From: Candidatus Bathyarchaeia archaeon
Lineage (GTDB): Archaea; Thermoproteota; Bathyarchaeia; Bathyarchaeales; Bathycorpusculaceae
Length of the DNA: 64,000 bases
Direction: 5' to 3'
Assembly (NCBI GenBank): GCA_038882975.1
Contig: JAVZNE010000001.1
Location: 160,001 to 224,000, forward strand
A program made the translations under genes and the position numbers. Shown here piece after piece: positions 9,759-18,939 of the stretch. The notes beneath the pieces are model-generated. The model was not told where the DNA came from. It saw nothing but the letters and a program-made list of their open reading frames with translations, and ran no database searches. Each line of letters opens with the position of its first letter. Position 1 is the first letter of the stretch.

Positions 9759-10334
9759 ATGCGTCTGTTAAGGAATATCAGAGGACTAAGCGTTGTAGTA
9801 ACAACCTTAATAATCCTAGTGGTTTCGGTGCTCCTTGCAACCATTGTGACGTTTTACGCCATAAATGTTGTGACAACCCGTGTTCAAGAGGAGTCTCTTC
9901 ACCTTAGCAAACAGCACGTCTGGTATAATACAAGTGGTGGTTGGGCTGAGGCAGCCTTGGTTATAATAAATACTGGTGGAAGAGACGTGGTAATCGACAA
10001 AATATCAGTTAGAGGGCAAGAATGCCGATGGTCCAACGTTTACTATTGGAGAACAGACAGCGTCACAGTCTCAGCAGACTTGAATGTGACGAAAGTTAAG
10101 CCGAGCGAAATGACCGACACTATGTGGAGAGAGATATTCGGATATCTAGGTGGTAGTGAAACTTTCCAGTCAGCCTCAAACGATTTGACGTTGAAGTCAG
10201 GATGGACTATAGTCATATACATAGAGAACCCTGACAGCATATCTTCAAAAGATGTTGGTCAAACAGTGGGTATAACGGTTTTCACGGCAAATGCGCAATA
10301 CTACGTTGAAGCCAACGTTGAGGCTGCAGAATAG
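9759..10334 (+). CDS. Archaeal type IV pilin/archaellin-like protein
   Basis: Class III signal peptide MRLLRNIRG|LSVVVTTLIILVVSVLLA; start trimmed to ATG 9759. Confidence 0.8.
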   Translation: MRLLRNIRGLSVVVTTLIILVVSVLLATIVTFYAINVVTTRVQEESLHLSKQHVWYNTSGGWAEAALVIINTGGRDVVIDKISVRGQECRWSNVYYWRTDSVTVSADLNVTKVKPSEMTDTMWREIFGYLGGSETFQSASNDLTLKSGWTIVIYIENPDSISSKDVGQTVGITVFTANAQYYVEANVEAAE

Positions 10335-10373
10335 CATTGCAAAATTGCCCTTTTTCCTTTAATAAGGGCTTGT

Positions 10374-12407
10374 TCAAGTCTTTTTCAAATAGCCTTCCCT
10401 AGGTTCGTATATAGTTCCTTCTCGCAGGAGTTGATTGATTAGGCGTTCAGCCTCGATTCTTGGAATCTTGTATTCTGTTTCAAGCCTGTTGATTAAGGCG
10501 TTTTTGTCAACCATTCCTATTTCTTTCTCCATTTCCGTCAGCACTGAAAGTAGCATTTGTAGCTTGTCTCTGAGGCTTTTGGGTTTTCCAGTCATTATGA
10601 GGTCTATGTCAAATTTGTATGAGGATAGGTCTATTCCAACCTCTTCCAGAGACTTTTTCATTATGTTTATGGCTGCTTCGGCGTCTTCTGCCAAAACTTC
10701 CGTTCTTAGGGCGGCTCTAGCTCTGGCTTCAGCTAGGCGTATAAGCGATTCCAATTGTCTGGCGGTTATCGCAATTGGGGAGCCCTCCGATTCACTTGCT
10801 GAACGCATAGCCAGATAGAAATCCCTTAAACGCTGCAGTGCCTCGCCAGTTAGGACTGGTTTTATCGTCTTTGCATAGCTTACGTATTTTCGCAAAAGTT
10901 CTAGAGATATGGGTGATTCCACGGGGCTTAAGCCTTTACGGTGAATTTCGAGGATGTGCTCCGACATCCTACCGTCTATTTCCTTGTTGGGAACATCCCT
11001 TAACACAAATATTAGGTCAAACCTTGAGAGGATGGTTACTGGAAGTGAAATGTTCTCCGCAATTGTTCGGCGGGATTCATATCTGCCCAAAGCAGGGTTG
11101 GCAGCCGCTAATATAGCTGTTCGCGCGTTAAGAGTTGCCACTATGCCGCCCTTCGCCACAGAAACCGTGTGCTGTTCCATGGCTTCATGGATTGCAACTC
11201 GGTCTTCCGGGCGCATCTTGTCTATCTCGTCTATACAAGCTATTCCCTTATCCGCAAGCACAAGGGCTCCGGCCTCAAGGCTCATTCCACCGCCCTTTTC
11301 GCGTATAACCGCTGCAGTCAAGCCAGCCGCGGTTGTCCCCCTACCAGAAGTGTAAAGTCCTCTAGGTGCAACCCGAGCCACATACTGCAATAGCTGGGAT
11401 TTGGCTGTTCCAGGGTCACCAACCAAAAGAATGTTCAATTCTCCCCTTATTGATATATCTGGAAGCGCCTTAGGAACGCCTCCAAAAAGCAGATACATAA
11501 TCGCCTCTTTGACGTGCTCGTAGCCGTAAATCGAAGGCGCAATAGAGTTTATTATTTTTCTGTGTATCCACGGATCCTTTGCAAGTTCAAGAATCTGCCT
11601 CTCCTCTTCCGGCGATGGAAGTGTTGCTTCAGGTTCTTTGCCTAAAACCTCGATGGAGTTTGTATCTAGGTGTAAGACGAAGGTGCGGAGTTTTCCAACC
11701 TTGGGCATGGTTGGGGCTGCAGCACGAACTATGCCAACGATTGAAACATGGTCGCCTGGTCTAGCCACATCTACAATCTCGCTTCCAACAAGCTTAACAT
11801 GTAATGTGCGTGGAAGCTGTCCCGGCGGGAGATCTTCTGGGCGTTCTTGTATGCGGAGGTCTTGTGAATCTATGAAGGTTGATTCTTCTTGAACGAAGTC
11901 GAAGGGTCCTTTTCGTCTACATGAAGGGTCAGCGCATGCAAAAGGTGCCTTAAGAAACGGGCCTGTTTGATCCACATATGTTATGTTTCCGCATCCTCTG
12001 CATTTGAAGGCGGCCCGCATCACCATTGGGCGGACTGGTGTTGAACGAACAACTATACCTTCAATCATCACCAGCTTTCCAATGTGGGCTGCGCCAAGTT
12101 TCCGCAGAGGCGTTGGCTCCAGAAGCCTAACAACTCGAACAGTTACCTTTTGTTTTTCTGCGTATTCTGGAGCCTCTATGGCTAGCTGGTTTTGGGCAGC
12201 ATTATCCGCGTGCTTTAAGTATTCATCTGGTTTCTCCAGAAGCTTATCCGCAAGTCTATGGTCGAAGGTGAGGATGTCTTCAAACTCAACTACGAGCGAT
12301 GTTTTCCCAGAAACAGCCAGCTGCGAAATCCGTTGACGATATTTCTCCGTTTTAAAAAGCTCTAGAAATCGTTCCTGCGGGTCTATTACTTCCAGCTCTT
12401 CAGTCAT
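10374..12407 (-). CDS. mcm: MCM replicative helicase (no intein)
   Basis: Zn finger, GDPGTAKSQ, IDEIDKM, SRFD, TARQLE. Confidence 0.98.
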   Translation of the reverse strand: MTEELEVIDPQERFLELFKTEKYRQRISQLAVSGKTSLVVEFEDILTFDHRLADKLLEKPDEYLKHADNAAQNQLAIEAPEYAEKQKVTVRVVRLLEPTPLRKLGAAHIGKLVMIEGIVVRSTPVRPMVMRAAFKCRGCGNITYVDQTGPFLKAPFACADPSCRRKGPFDFVQEESTFIDSQDLRIQERPEDLPPGQLPRTLHVKLVGSEIVDVARPGDHVSIVGIVRAAAPTMPKVGKLRTFVLHLDTNSIEVLGKEPEATLPSPEEERQILELAKDPWIHRKIINSIAPSIYGYEHVKEAIMYLLFGGVPKALPDISIRGELNILLVGDPGTAKSQLLQYVARVAPRGLYTSGRGTTAAGLTAAVIREKGGGMSLEAGALVLADKGIACIDEIDKMRPEDRVAIHEAMEQHTVSVAKGGIVATLNARTAILAAANPALGRYESRRTIAENISLPVTILSRFDLIFVLRDVPNKEIDGRMSEHILEIHRKGLSPVESPISLELLRKYVSYAKTIKPVLTGEALQRLRDFYLAMRSASESEGSPIAITARQLESLIRLAEARARAALRTEVLAEDAEAAINIMKKSLEEVGIDLSSYKFDIDLIMTGKPKSLRDKLQMLLSVLTEMEKEIGMVDKNALINRLETEYKIPRIEAERLINQLLREGTIYEPREGYLKKT

Positions 12408-13006
12408 TTCTCCTTCTCCACGCCTCCTTCACTTTCGCTTTCAAGCATTTGAGCCTTCCACCTATTAATAAGCCTATAAATCTGCTCGTAAAGAATTCTC
12501 TCTTCTGCCATAAGGTTCCTTAAAACATGCTCGGTTTGGGCTGGGGCAGAAGCCAAGGAAACAATTTTCTTTAATCTTAAGTTTAAAATGTCCAGCGCCA
12601 ACTGTTTCGCCTTCTCATATTCCCGCATTTTCTCAGGATGCCTAACAGCCTCCTCTCTTAACCCATCAAGGTATCTGCGGAGTTTCGGATAAAAATCCTT
12701 GGGAAGTTCAGAAATTTGCCCAGCTGTTTGGACACGCTCCTTCCAATGAATCTTGTAAAGCTTGGTTGAGTCAAGCAGTTCCTCGCTTCTAAAGCGAACA
12801 ACACCAAACTTTTCAAGCTCTCTGGCAACCCAATACATAACCTCATACTCGTTTCCCTCCTCGAAGGGACCGACAATTAATCCTGCCAGCCTAATTTCCG
12901 GGCAGTTGCGGTTGGCAATAACCTTAACCGGCGAGTTCTCAAACATGAAGTCTAGGGCTTTAATTTTCCCGGAAATGCCCACCTGCAAAGCACTTTCTCC
13001 TTTCAA
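12404..13006 (-). CDS. GINS subunit (Gins23 type)
   Basis: B domain before A domain, LPKDFY, LRLKKIV, EER.LY; overlaps the mcm start. Confidence 0.8.
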   Translation of the reverse strand: MKGESALQVGISGKIKALDFMFENSPVKVIANRNCPEIRLAGLIVGPFEEGNEYEVMYWVARELEKFGVVRFRSEELLDSTKLYKIHWKERVQTAGQISELPKDFYPKLRRYLDGLREEAVRHPEKMREYEKAKQLALDILNLRLKKIVSLASAPAQTEHVLRNLMAEERILYEQIYRLINRWKAQMLESESEGGVEKEK

Positions 13007-13100
13007 CAGACTCTACTACTCTCTTTGGGCGGAGATATAAAAAGTGTAGTCTAGAAAATATGATTGGAGAGTTTAGAATTTTTAGAGTTTCATGGATTTG

Positions 13101-14351
13101 TTAAGGCCACAAGCCCAAAGTCTTTATTGCCTCAGCCACCCGTCCTACTCCCAACATTAGGGCGGCTGTTCGCATGGGTTCCTTCGCATCTTTTGAGGTT
13201 TTGTAGACGTCGTTAAATGCCTTCACCATTTTTCTTTCAAGCTTCTGGTTCACTTCCTCTAAAGTCCAGTGCTCCCTTGTTAAGTTTTGAACCCATTCAA
13301 AGTAGCTTACTGTGACGCCGCCGGAGTTTGCTAATATGTCTGGAATTAAGAACACATCCTTTTCATTGAGCACTTTGTCGGCTTCTGGGGTTGTGGGTCC
13401 GTTGGCTCCCTCGGCTATTATTTTTGCTTTTATGTTGTTGGCGTTTGCTTTTGTAATCTGATTCTCTAATGCAGCGGGCACCAAAATGTCACATTCCAAC
13501 TGCAGCAACTCCTCATTAGTTATGTTCTTGCACCCTTCAAAGTTTAGGACGGAACCTGTTTTCGCCTTATGCTCGTAAACCTTGTAGGGGTTTAATCCTT
13601 CCTTGCAATAGATTCCTCCGCTGGAGTCGCTTACACCTATTATTTTGCATCCCCAATCGTAGGCTATTTTTGCGGCGTTCCATCCCACGCTGCCAAACCC
13701 TTGAACCACAAATCTTGCATCTTTCATTTTTAAACCGAGGATTTTTGCAGCTTCTCTTGCGCAAAACATAACACCAAGAGATGTAGCTTCAGCCCTTCCT
13801 TCAGAACCTCCAACACTTAAAGGTTTTCCAGTAACACATTCTGGGACACTGTAGCCTTTAAATTGGCTGTAAGTGTCCATTATCCAAGCCATTGTTTGGG
13901 CGTCTGTGTAAACGTCCGGCGCCGGCACGTCACGATATGGTCCAATTAGGTCTAAAATTAGGCTTATGTATCGCCTTGTTAGCCTTTCAAGTTCGCCTTT
14001 GGACATTTCCTTTGGGTTACAGCAAACTCCTCCTTTAGCTCCTCCATATGGAATATCAACGACAGCGCATTTCCAAGTCATCCACATGGCAAGGGCGGTA
14101 ACTTCGTCCAAGGTTACGTTTGGGTGGTATCTTATGCCGCCTTTAAAAGGTCCCCTCGCATCGTTGTGCTGAACACGACAGCCTAGGAACGTTTTGATTG
14201 TGCCATCATCCATCCTAATGTTAACAGAAACCATAAGCGTTCTTTTTGGATATTTTAGCATCTCATGCAGTCCGGGGTCAAGCTCAAGTTTTTCTGCGGC
14301 TATTCTTAACTGCTCCAGTGCAGTATCTAGAGCTGAGTAACTCTTTTCCAT
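13101..14351 (-). CDS. gdhA: Glutamate dehydrogenase (Glu/Leu/Phe/Val family)
   Basis: [41 protein letters not shown]. Confidence 0.93.
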   Translation of the reverse strand: MEKSYSALDTALEQLRIAAEKLELDPGLHEMLKYPKRTLMVSVNIRMDDGTIKTFLGCRVQHNDARGPFKGGIRYHPNVTLDEVTALAMWMTWKCAVVDIPYGGAKGGVCCNPKEMSKGELERLTRRYISLILDLIGPYRDVPAPDVYTDAQTMAWIMDTYSQFKGYSVPECVTGKPLSVGGSEGRAEATSLGVMFCAREAAKILGLKMKDARFVVQGFGSVGWNAAKIAYDWGCKIIGVSDSSGGIYCKEGLNPYKVYEHKAKTGSVLNFEGCKNITNEELLQLECDILVPAALENQITKANANNIKAKIIAEGANGPTTPEADKVLNEKDVFLIPDILANSGGVTVSYFEWVQNLTREHWTLEEVNQKLERKMVKAFNDVYKTSKDAKEPMRTAALMLGVGRVAEAIKTLGLWP

Positions 14352-14430
14352 AAGTGTTTACCTCCAAACCTATTATTTTGGGAAGCCTTAAAAGGTTGGC
14401 TGTTAAGCTGGAAGAAAAAGAAGGGAGGGG

Positions 14431-16038
14431 CTAGTCTAAAATTCTTTCTATGGCGTCTGCTTCTGCCTCGTGGGCTAATGGTATACCGGTTACTTTAGCT
14501 GCAAGCTCCGAGAGACTCATTAGGTCGTTTCTGTTGATTAGGTCTAGTCGCCATTTTCTTGCGCCAGCCAATAGCTGCTTTAGCCCAACACCTATGCGGT
14601 CCGTCAAGTAAGTGTATAGGGCTACAGCTTCCCACGGGATTTCCTTGAAACGTTCTCCATACTTTGCCTTTAGCTCTGGAACAGCTATGAAGAACTTCTC
14701 TGGAGTCGCACCAAACTTGTCGGCAAAAGCCTTTGGAAGTTTTCCCTCTTCAGCCAACTGTTTAAAGTAGCTTGCCTTCATCACAGCAGTGAGCGGGGAA
14801 CGGCCCATCAAAACAGCTTTTACGAATGGTCCATCTCCGAAGTTGCTCATGGCTATTGCCTTGAAAATTTGAGTTTCGTTTATGAATCCTCCAGCCATAA
14901 TAATGTCTGGCACGTAGCGGCCTTTCTTCTTCAATATTTGGGCGCACTTAAGCACTATGGCTTCTAGATAAACTGTTGGAATGCCCATCTCATCCATCAT
15001 TGGGACAGGGCTCATGCCTGTGCCGCCACCAGCCCCATCAAAGTATACAGCATCAATCTTTGCCTCAGAAGCTATTTTCAAGGTGTACGCCACTGCTGAT
15101 GGCCTGTAAGCGCCTGTTTTCAAGGTTACATGTTTTGCCCCCTGTTTCCTCAGCCATTCTATGTCCTCTATGACGTTTTTCTCTCCTGGTATGCCAACTC
15201 TGCTGTGCCTTTCAAAGGATTTGAATACGCCGTCTTTGAAGGCTTGCTGTACTGCTGGATCTTCTGGGTCTGGGATTACTATATAGCCCCTTTTCTTTAG
15301 CATTATAGCCCTTTCAAGGTCTCTTACGCGAACTTCGCCTCCTATGGCTTTTGCACCTTGTCCCCACTTTCTCTCTATAACATTGACCTCCAGCTTTGAT
15401 ATGGCGTAAACGTCTACGCCAAGCCTCTGATCTTCAACATTAGTTTGGACGGCTATTTCGCCGTATTCTCCATCCCAGAATTTTCTGAATAGGTCAACTC
15501 TGCGCTTTAGCTCCTTTGAGTAGGTTACTTTGCCGTTTGTAAATTGAGCTTCCGGATCCATGCCGCAGACGTTTTCTCCCACAATTATCATGGCGCCTGA
15601 AAGGGCTGTGCCTATGGCTAAGCCTTCCCAGTTTAGCCTCGCAACATCTGTGGAGCCAAAGGCACCACAGAGTATGGGAACTCTAAGCGGTATGCCGCCA
15701 ACTTTGGTTTCTATGTTCACGTTTGGGAAAAGCGCCAAATCCGGGTCTTCCTTTATTCCATGAGCCTCGAAGAGGCTTGCTTGTATATTGAAATGGGACC
15801 AGTCTAGGCCGAAGTCTTTTAGAGCTCCTGCGGTGCTGAAACCGAATTGTACGGGTTCTGGATAGAGGGCTTCCCTACCTCTGAATGCTGACAAGCCTAT
15901 TTCACACATTATTGGGCAGTCGCGGATGCATATGGGACACATGCCACTTGTGGGACTTGTGTCTTTGACGCGAGTTGTTGTTCCAGTTGTCGATTTCCCG
16001 TTGAGATAGGAGCTATTTCTGAAAACGCGTTCCGTCAT
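14431..16038 (-). CDS. FMN-binding glutamate-synthase-family protein with N-terminal CxxCxxxCxxxC motif
   Basis: KWGQGAK..GGE, DGAGGGTGMSP, AGG FMN-barrel motifs; no glutamine amidotransferase domain. Confidence 0.82.
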   Translation of the reverse strand: MTERVFRNSSYLNGKSTTGTTTRVKDTSPTSGMCPICIRDCPIMCEIGLSAFRGREALYPEPVQFGFSTAGALKDFGLDWSHFNIQASLFEAHGIKEDPDLALFPNVNIETKVGGIPLRVPILCGAFGSTDVARLNWEGLAIGTALSGAMIIVGENVCGMDPEAQFTNGKVTYSKELKRRVDLFRKFWDGEYGEIAVQTNVEDQRLGVDVYAISKLEVNVIERKWGQGAKAIGGEVRVRDLERAIMLKKRGYIVIPDPEDPAVQQAFKDGVFKSFERHSRVGIPGEKNVIEDIEWLRKQGAKHVTLKTGAYRPSAVAYTLKIASEAKIDAVYFDGAGGGTGMSPVPMMDEMGIPTVYLEAIVLKCAQILKKKGRYVPDIIMAGGFINETQIFKAIAMSNFGDGPFVKAVLMGRSPLTAVMKASYFKQLAEEGKLPKAFADKFGATPEKFFIAVPELKAKYGERFKEIPWEAVALYTYLTDRIGVGLKQLLAGARKWRLDLINRNDLMSLSELAAKVTGIPLAHEAEADAIERILD

Positions 16039-16124
16039 ACATTTTTCACCTTTACGTTTGTAAACTGTGTGGAAGGTTTAAAATTCCATTCGCATTTAAA
16101 GGTTATCCTAAAAGTAACAAAAAA

Positions 16125-16141
16125 TGAACATTCTTGTACAT
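16125..16141. promoter_or_regulatory. Two TGWACAT boxes upstream of the gltB-like/gdhA genes
   Basis: TGAACAT at 16125 and TGTACAT at 16135, 10-bp period. Confidence 0.6.
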
Positions 16142-16148
16142 TAGAAGG

Positions 16149-16901
16149 CTAGTGAATCTCTATATTCAACCCATCGACTATGTACTCTCGTCTTGTGTAG
16201 GTTTGGGGATTATATCTTCCACCAGCCTTCTTAATCCATAAGAAGTTCTTATTCTCCTGTCGAGTGAGGTCTATAACCACCTGTGTCATGTGCTCTATTA
16301 AAGCGCAGAACTCTTTGGGATGAGCATTTTTAGCCATAGTCCAGTAGGCGAGAGTTTGATAAGCATATAGCGCCGGGCAAACGTGTCCAAAGAAGGCTTT
16401 AACAGCATCCCTTCCCCAGTTGTGCTCCATTATCGATAAACTGTTAAAAATAAGTCTTGTACCAGGAGTAACAAATTCCCTTTCAATTCTTCCGAAGAAG
16501 TGGTGAAAACGGTCCGGATCCTTTGAGCTTGGAACTTTTCTAATCCAGCTTGGGGCTTTATCATAAAAATCGCTAAATATTAACTCGCCTTGCCCCGCAG
16601 CTTCTGAAAAACAATCTAAAACCAGTAGTTTCTTTTCCCAACCCTCCGGCAAAGTTTTGGTTAAGGGCTCTAATTGAAGCATAATTGCTTGAGGGGGATA
16701 AATAAATTCCAAATATATGACTTGGTTTCCTTCAATTATGCCCTGCCGCATAAAAGAGTATAAGAATTCCCTCGCAAATGTTCCAGATTCAACCTCCCAT
16801 AAAACATTTTCACCTAATAGCAATCCGCCGCCTAGGAGTTTGTCAAGTCCTTTAACCCCTGTTGAGTAGAAAACTTGCTTTTCGTTAGGGTTATTGGACA
16901 A
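16149..16901 (-). CDS. KaiC/RAD55-like RecA-fold protein with degenerate Walker motifs
   Basis: STGVKGLDKLLGGG start; Walker A position reads ESGTFARE; Walker B position reads LIFNSLS. Confidence 0.75.
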   Translation of the reverse strand: MSNNPNEKQVFYSTGVKGLDKLLGGGLLLGENVLWEVESGTFAREFLYSFMRQGIIEGNQVIYLEFIYPPQAIMLQLEPLTKTLPEGWEKKLLVLDCFSEAAGQGELIFSDFYDKAPSWIRKVPSSKDPDRFHHFFGRIEREFVTPGTRLIFNSLSIMEHNWGRDAVKAFFGHVCPALYAYQTLAYWTMAKNAHPKEFCALIEHMTQVVIDLTRQENKNFLWIKKAGGRYNPQTYTRREYIVDGLNIEIH

Positions 16902-16972
16902 TGAAATGCACCGAGGTAAGGTTCACAAGCATCATTAAAAATGTTGCGTCGTCATTTCAGATGTATTAATGG

Positions 16973-17019
16973 TGTACATTTGTGTACATTATGAACATAA
17001 TATTTCTATAGTTGAACAT
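16973..17019. promoter_or_regulatory. Four TGWACAT boxes in the divergent kaiC-like/gdh2 promoter region
   Basis: TGTACAT at 16973 and 16983; TGAACAT at 16992 and 17013. Confidence 0.65.
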
Positions 17020-17057
17020 AAGTCATATTAAGGCTCTAGAATGGGAAGAGGTGGAAA

Positions 17058-18842
17058 ATGAAAATGTTAAACTCTGTGGAGCTTTCCGCAAGAGAGTTGG
17101 GAATGCTTAAGCTGATGGTGGACTTCTTCGCTGAAAAACCTGAGCTGACCGCAAAAATAGAAAGCTACACAACAGCCCACTATGCCCTTCTAACAACGTA
17201 CTCAGAAAACTTTGGAATACCAATCGAAGACTCCCTGAAAGTTTTCGAGGAGCTCCAAAAGAAAATCACGGAAGCTGAATATGTCCATGTTAAGGCACCA
17301 GAGCCCATAAGGAAGCTTCTACCCTTGACTACTGAGGAGTTGAACATGCTGCGAATTCTTGTGGACTATTTCTCTGAAAATCCAAAAATGGCGTCTGCGG
17401 GTTCGATGTTTTCAAGGAAGGAAGACGCCGTTGCCGAAACCTACATGTGGTTTTATGGAAGTAAGGAAGGAAACGGCGAAGTGGCAAGACAAATTCTAAC
17501 AAATCTCGTCGAGAAGCTTCAAACAGCTGTATTTGTAAAAATAGATACTTTGGCGCCCTTAGCTGTTACGCCAAACCCTTACGAAGCCGCCCTTAAGCAG
17601 TTGGACATCGCAGCTGAAAAACTGAAACTTGACCCTGGCATTCATGAAATTTTGAAGCGCCCCATGCGCACCTTAATAGTTAATATTCCAGTGGTTATGG
17701 ATGATGGGAGCATTCAAGTTTTTACGGGTTACCGTGTACAATATAACGATGCATTAGGTCCAACTAAGGGCGGCATAAGATACCACCCAGAGCTAACACT
17801 AAATGAAGTCACGGCACTGGCGGCATGGATGACGTGGAAAACGGCAGTTGTAGGGCTGCCACTAGGAGGAGCCAAAGGCGGAATCAGATGCAATCCCAAA
17901 GAAATGTCCAAAGCTGAATTGGAGCGCCTAACAAGGGGATATGTGCGGGCTATTGCGAAATTTATAGGTCCAAACATTGATGTGCCGGCGCCGGACGTTT
18001 ACACAGACGCCCAAACAATGGCTTGGATAATGGATGAATACAGCGAAATCGTTGGATACCCAGCCTTCGGGGTTGTAACAGGCAAACCTGTAGGCGTTGG
18101 TGGTTCCCGTGGAAGGAGCGAAGCAACTTCAAGAGGCTTAATGTACACGGTGATAGAGGCAGCCAAATACTTAGGGATAAACCTCAAGGGTGCAACTGTA
18201 GCTGTGCAAGGCTATGGAAATGTTGGATACCATGCGGCACGCCTACTGCATGAGGTTGGATGCAAAATCATAGCAGTTTCAGACTCAAAAGGCGGAATAT
18301 ACAACCTCAACGGGCTAGACCCAGAAAAAGTGTTGGAACACAAAAACAGAACAGGCTCGGTGGTTGACTACCCCGAAAGCACATTCATAACAAACGAACA
18401 ACTGTTGGAGCTAGAATGTGACATTCTTGTGCCCGCTGCATTAGAGAACCAGATAACAAAAGCAAACGCCAACAACATAAAAGCAAAAATAATAGCCGAG
18501 GGAGCCAACGGACCCACAACCCCAGAAGCCGACGAAATTCTATTCAAAAAAGGAGTATTTGTAATACCGGACATTCTGGCGAATTCTGGCGGCGTTATTG
18601 TAAGCTACTTTGAACAAGTGCAGAACCAGATGAACTATTATTGGACCGAGGAGGAAGTGCGGAACAAACTGAAAGAAACAATAACTAAGGCTTTCTACGA
18701 TGTCTTAGAACTTTCCAAACAGTATAATGTGAATATGCGCGTAGCCGCCTACATGTTGGCTGTCAAAAGAGTTGCCGACGCCCTCACGGCAAGAAAGGGA
18801 ACAAGACTCGCACCCATTGAATCTTTGCTAGCACGCAGATAG
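17058..18842 (+). CDS. Glutamate dehydrogenase with ~170-aa N-terminal extension
   Basis: Full GDH motifs (GPTKGG, MTWK, GGAKGG, QGYGNVG) from about aa 172; the extension is an internal duplication. Confidence 0.9.
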   Translation: MKMLNSVELSARELGMLKLMVDFFAEKPELTAKIESYTTAHYALLTTYSENFGIPIEDSLKVFEELQKKITEAEYVHVKAPEPIRKLLPLTTEELNMLRILVDYFSENPKMASAGSMFSRKEDAVAETYMWFYGSKEGNGEVARQILTNLVEKLQTAVFVKIDTLAPLAVTPNPYEAALKQLDIAAEKLKLDPGIHEILKRPMRTLIVNIPVVMDDGSIQVFTGYRVQYNDALGPTKGGIRYHPELTLNEVTALAAWMTWKTAVVGLPLGGAKGGIRCNPKEMSKAELERLTRGYVRAIAKFIGPNIDVPAPDVYTDAQTMAWIMDEYSEIVGYPAFGVVTGKPVGVGGSRGRSEATSRGLMYTVIEAAKYLGINLKGATVAVQGYGNVGYHAARLLHEVGCKIIAVSDSKGGIYNLNGLDPEKVLEHKNRTGSVVDYPESTFITNEQLLELECDILVPAALENQITKANANNIKAKIIAEGANGPTTPEADEILFKKGVFVIPDILANSGGVIVSYFEQVQNQMNYYWTEEEVRNKLKETITKAFYDVLELSKQYNVNMRVAAYMLAVKRVADALTARKGTRLAPIESLLARR

Positions 18843-18860
18843 CTCCCTCCTTTTTCTATG

Positions 18861-18894
18861 TGTTCACATGTACATTTTCAGAAAACGTGAACAT
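18861..18894. promoter_or_regulatory. TGWACA(T) boxes upstream of the RHH regulator gene
   Basis: TGTTCA at 18861, TGTACAT at 18869, TGAACAT at 18888, followed by TTTAAAAG. Confidence 0.6.
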
Positions 18895-18939
18895 GTTTAA
18901 AAGCAGCCTTTAAAATAAGTAAACACGACGTGAAGCCTT

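Noticed and set aside
9461-13100. Replication origin near mcm/gins
   Set aside because: No ORB-like repeats or cdc6/orc1 gene visible.
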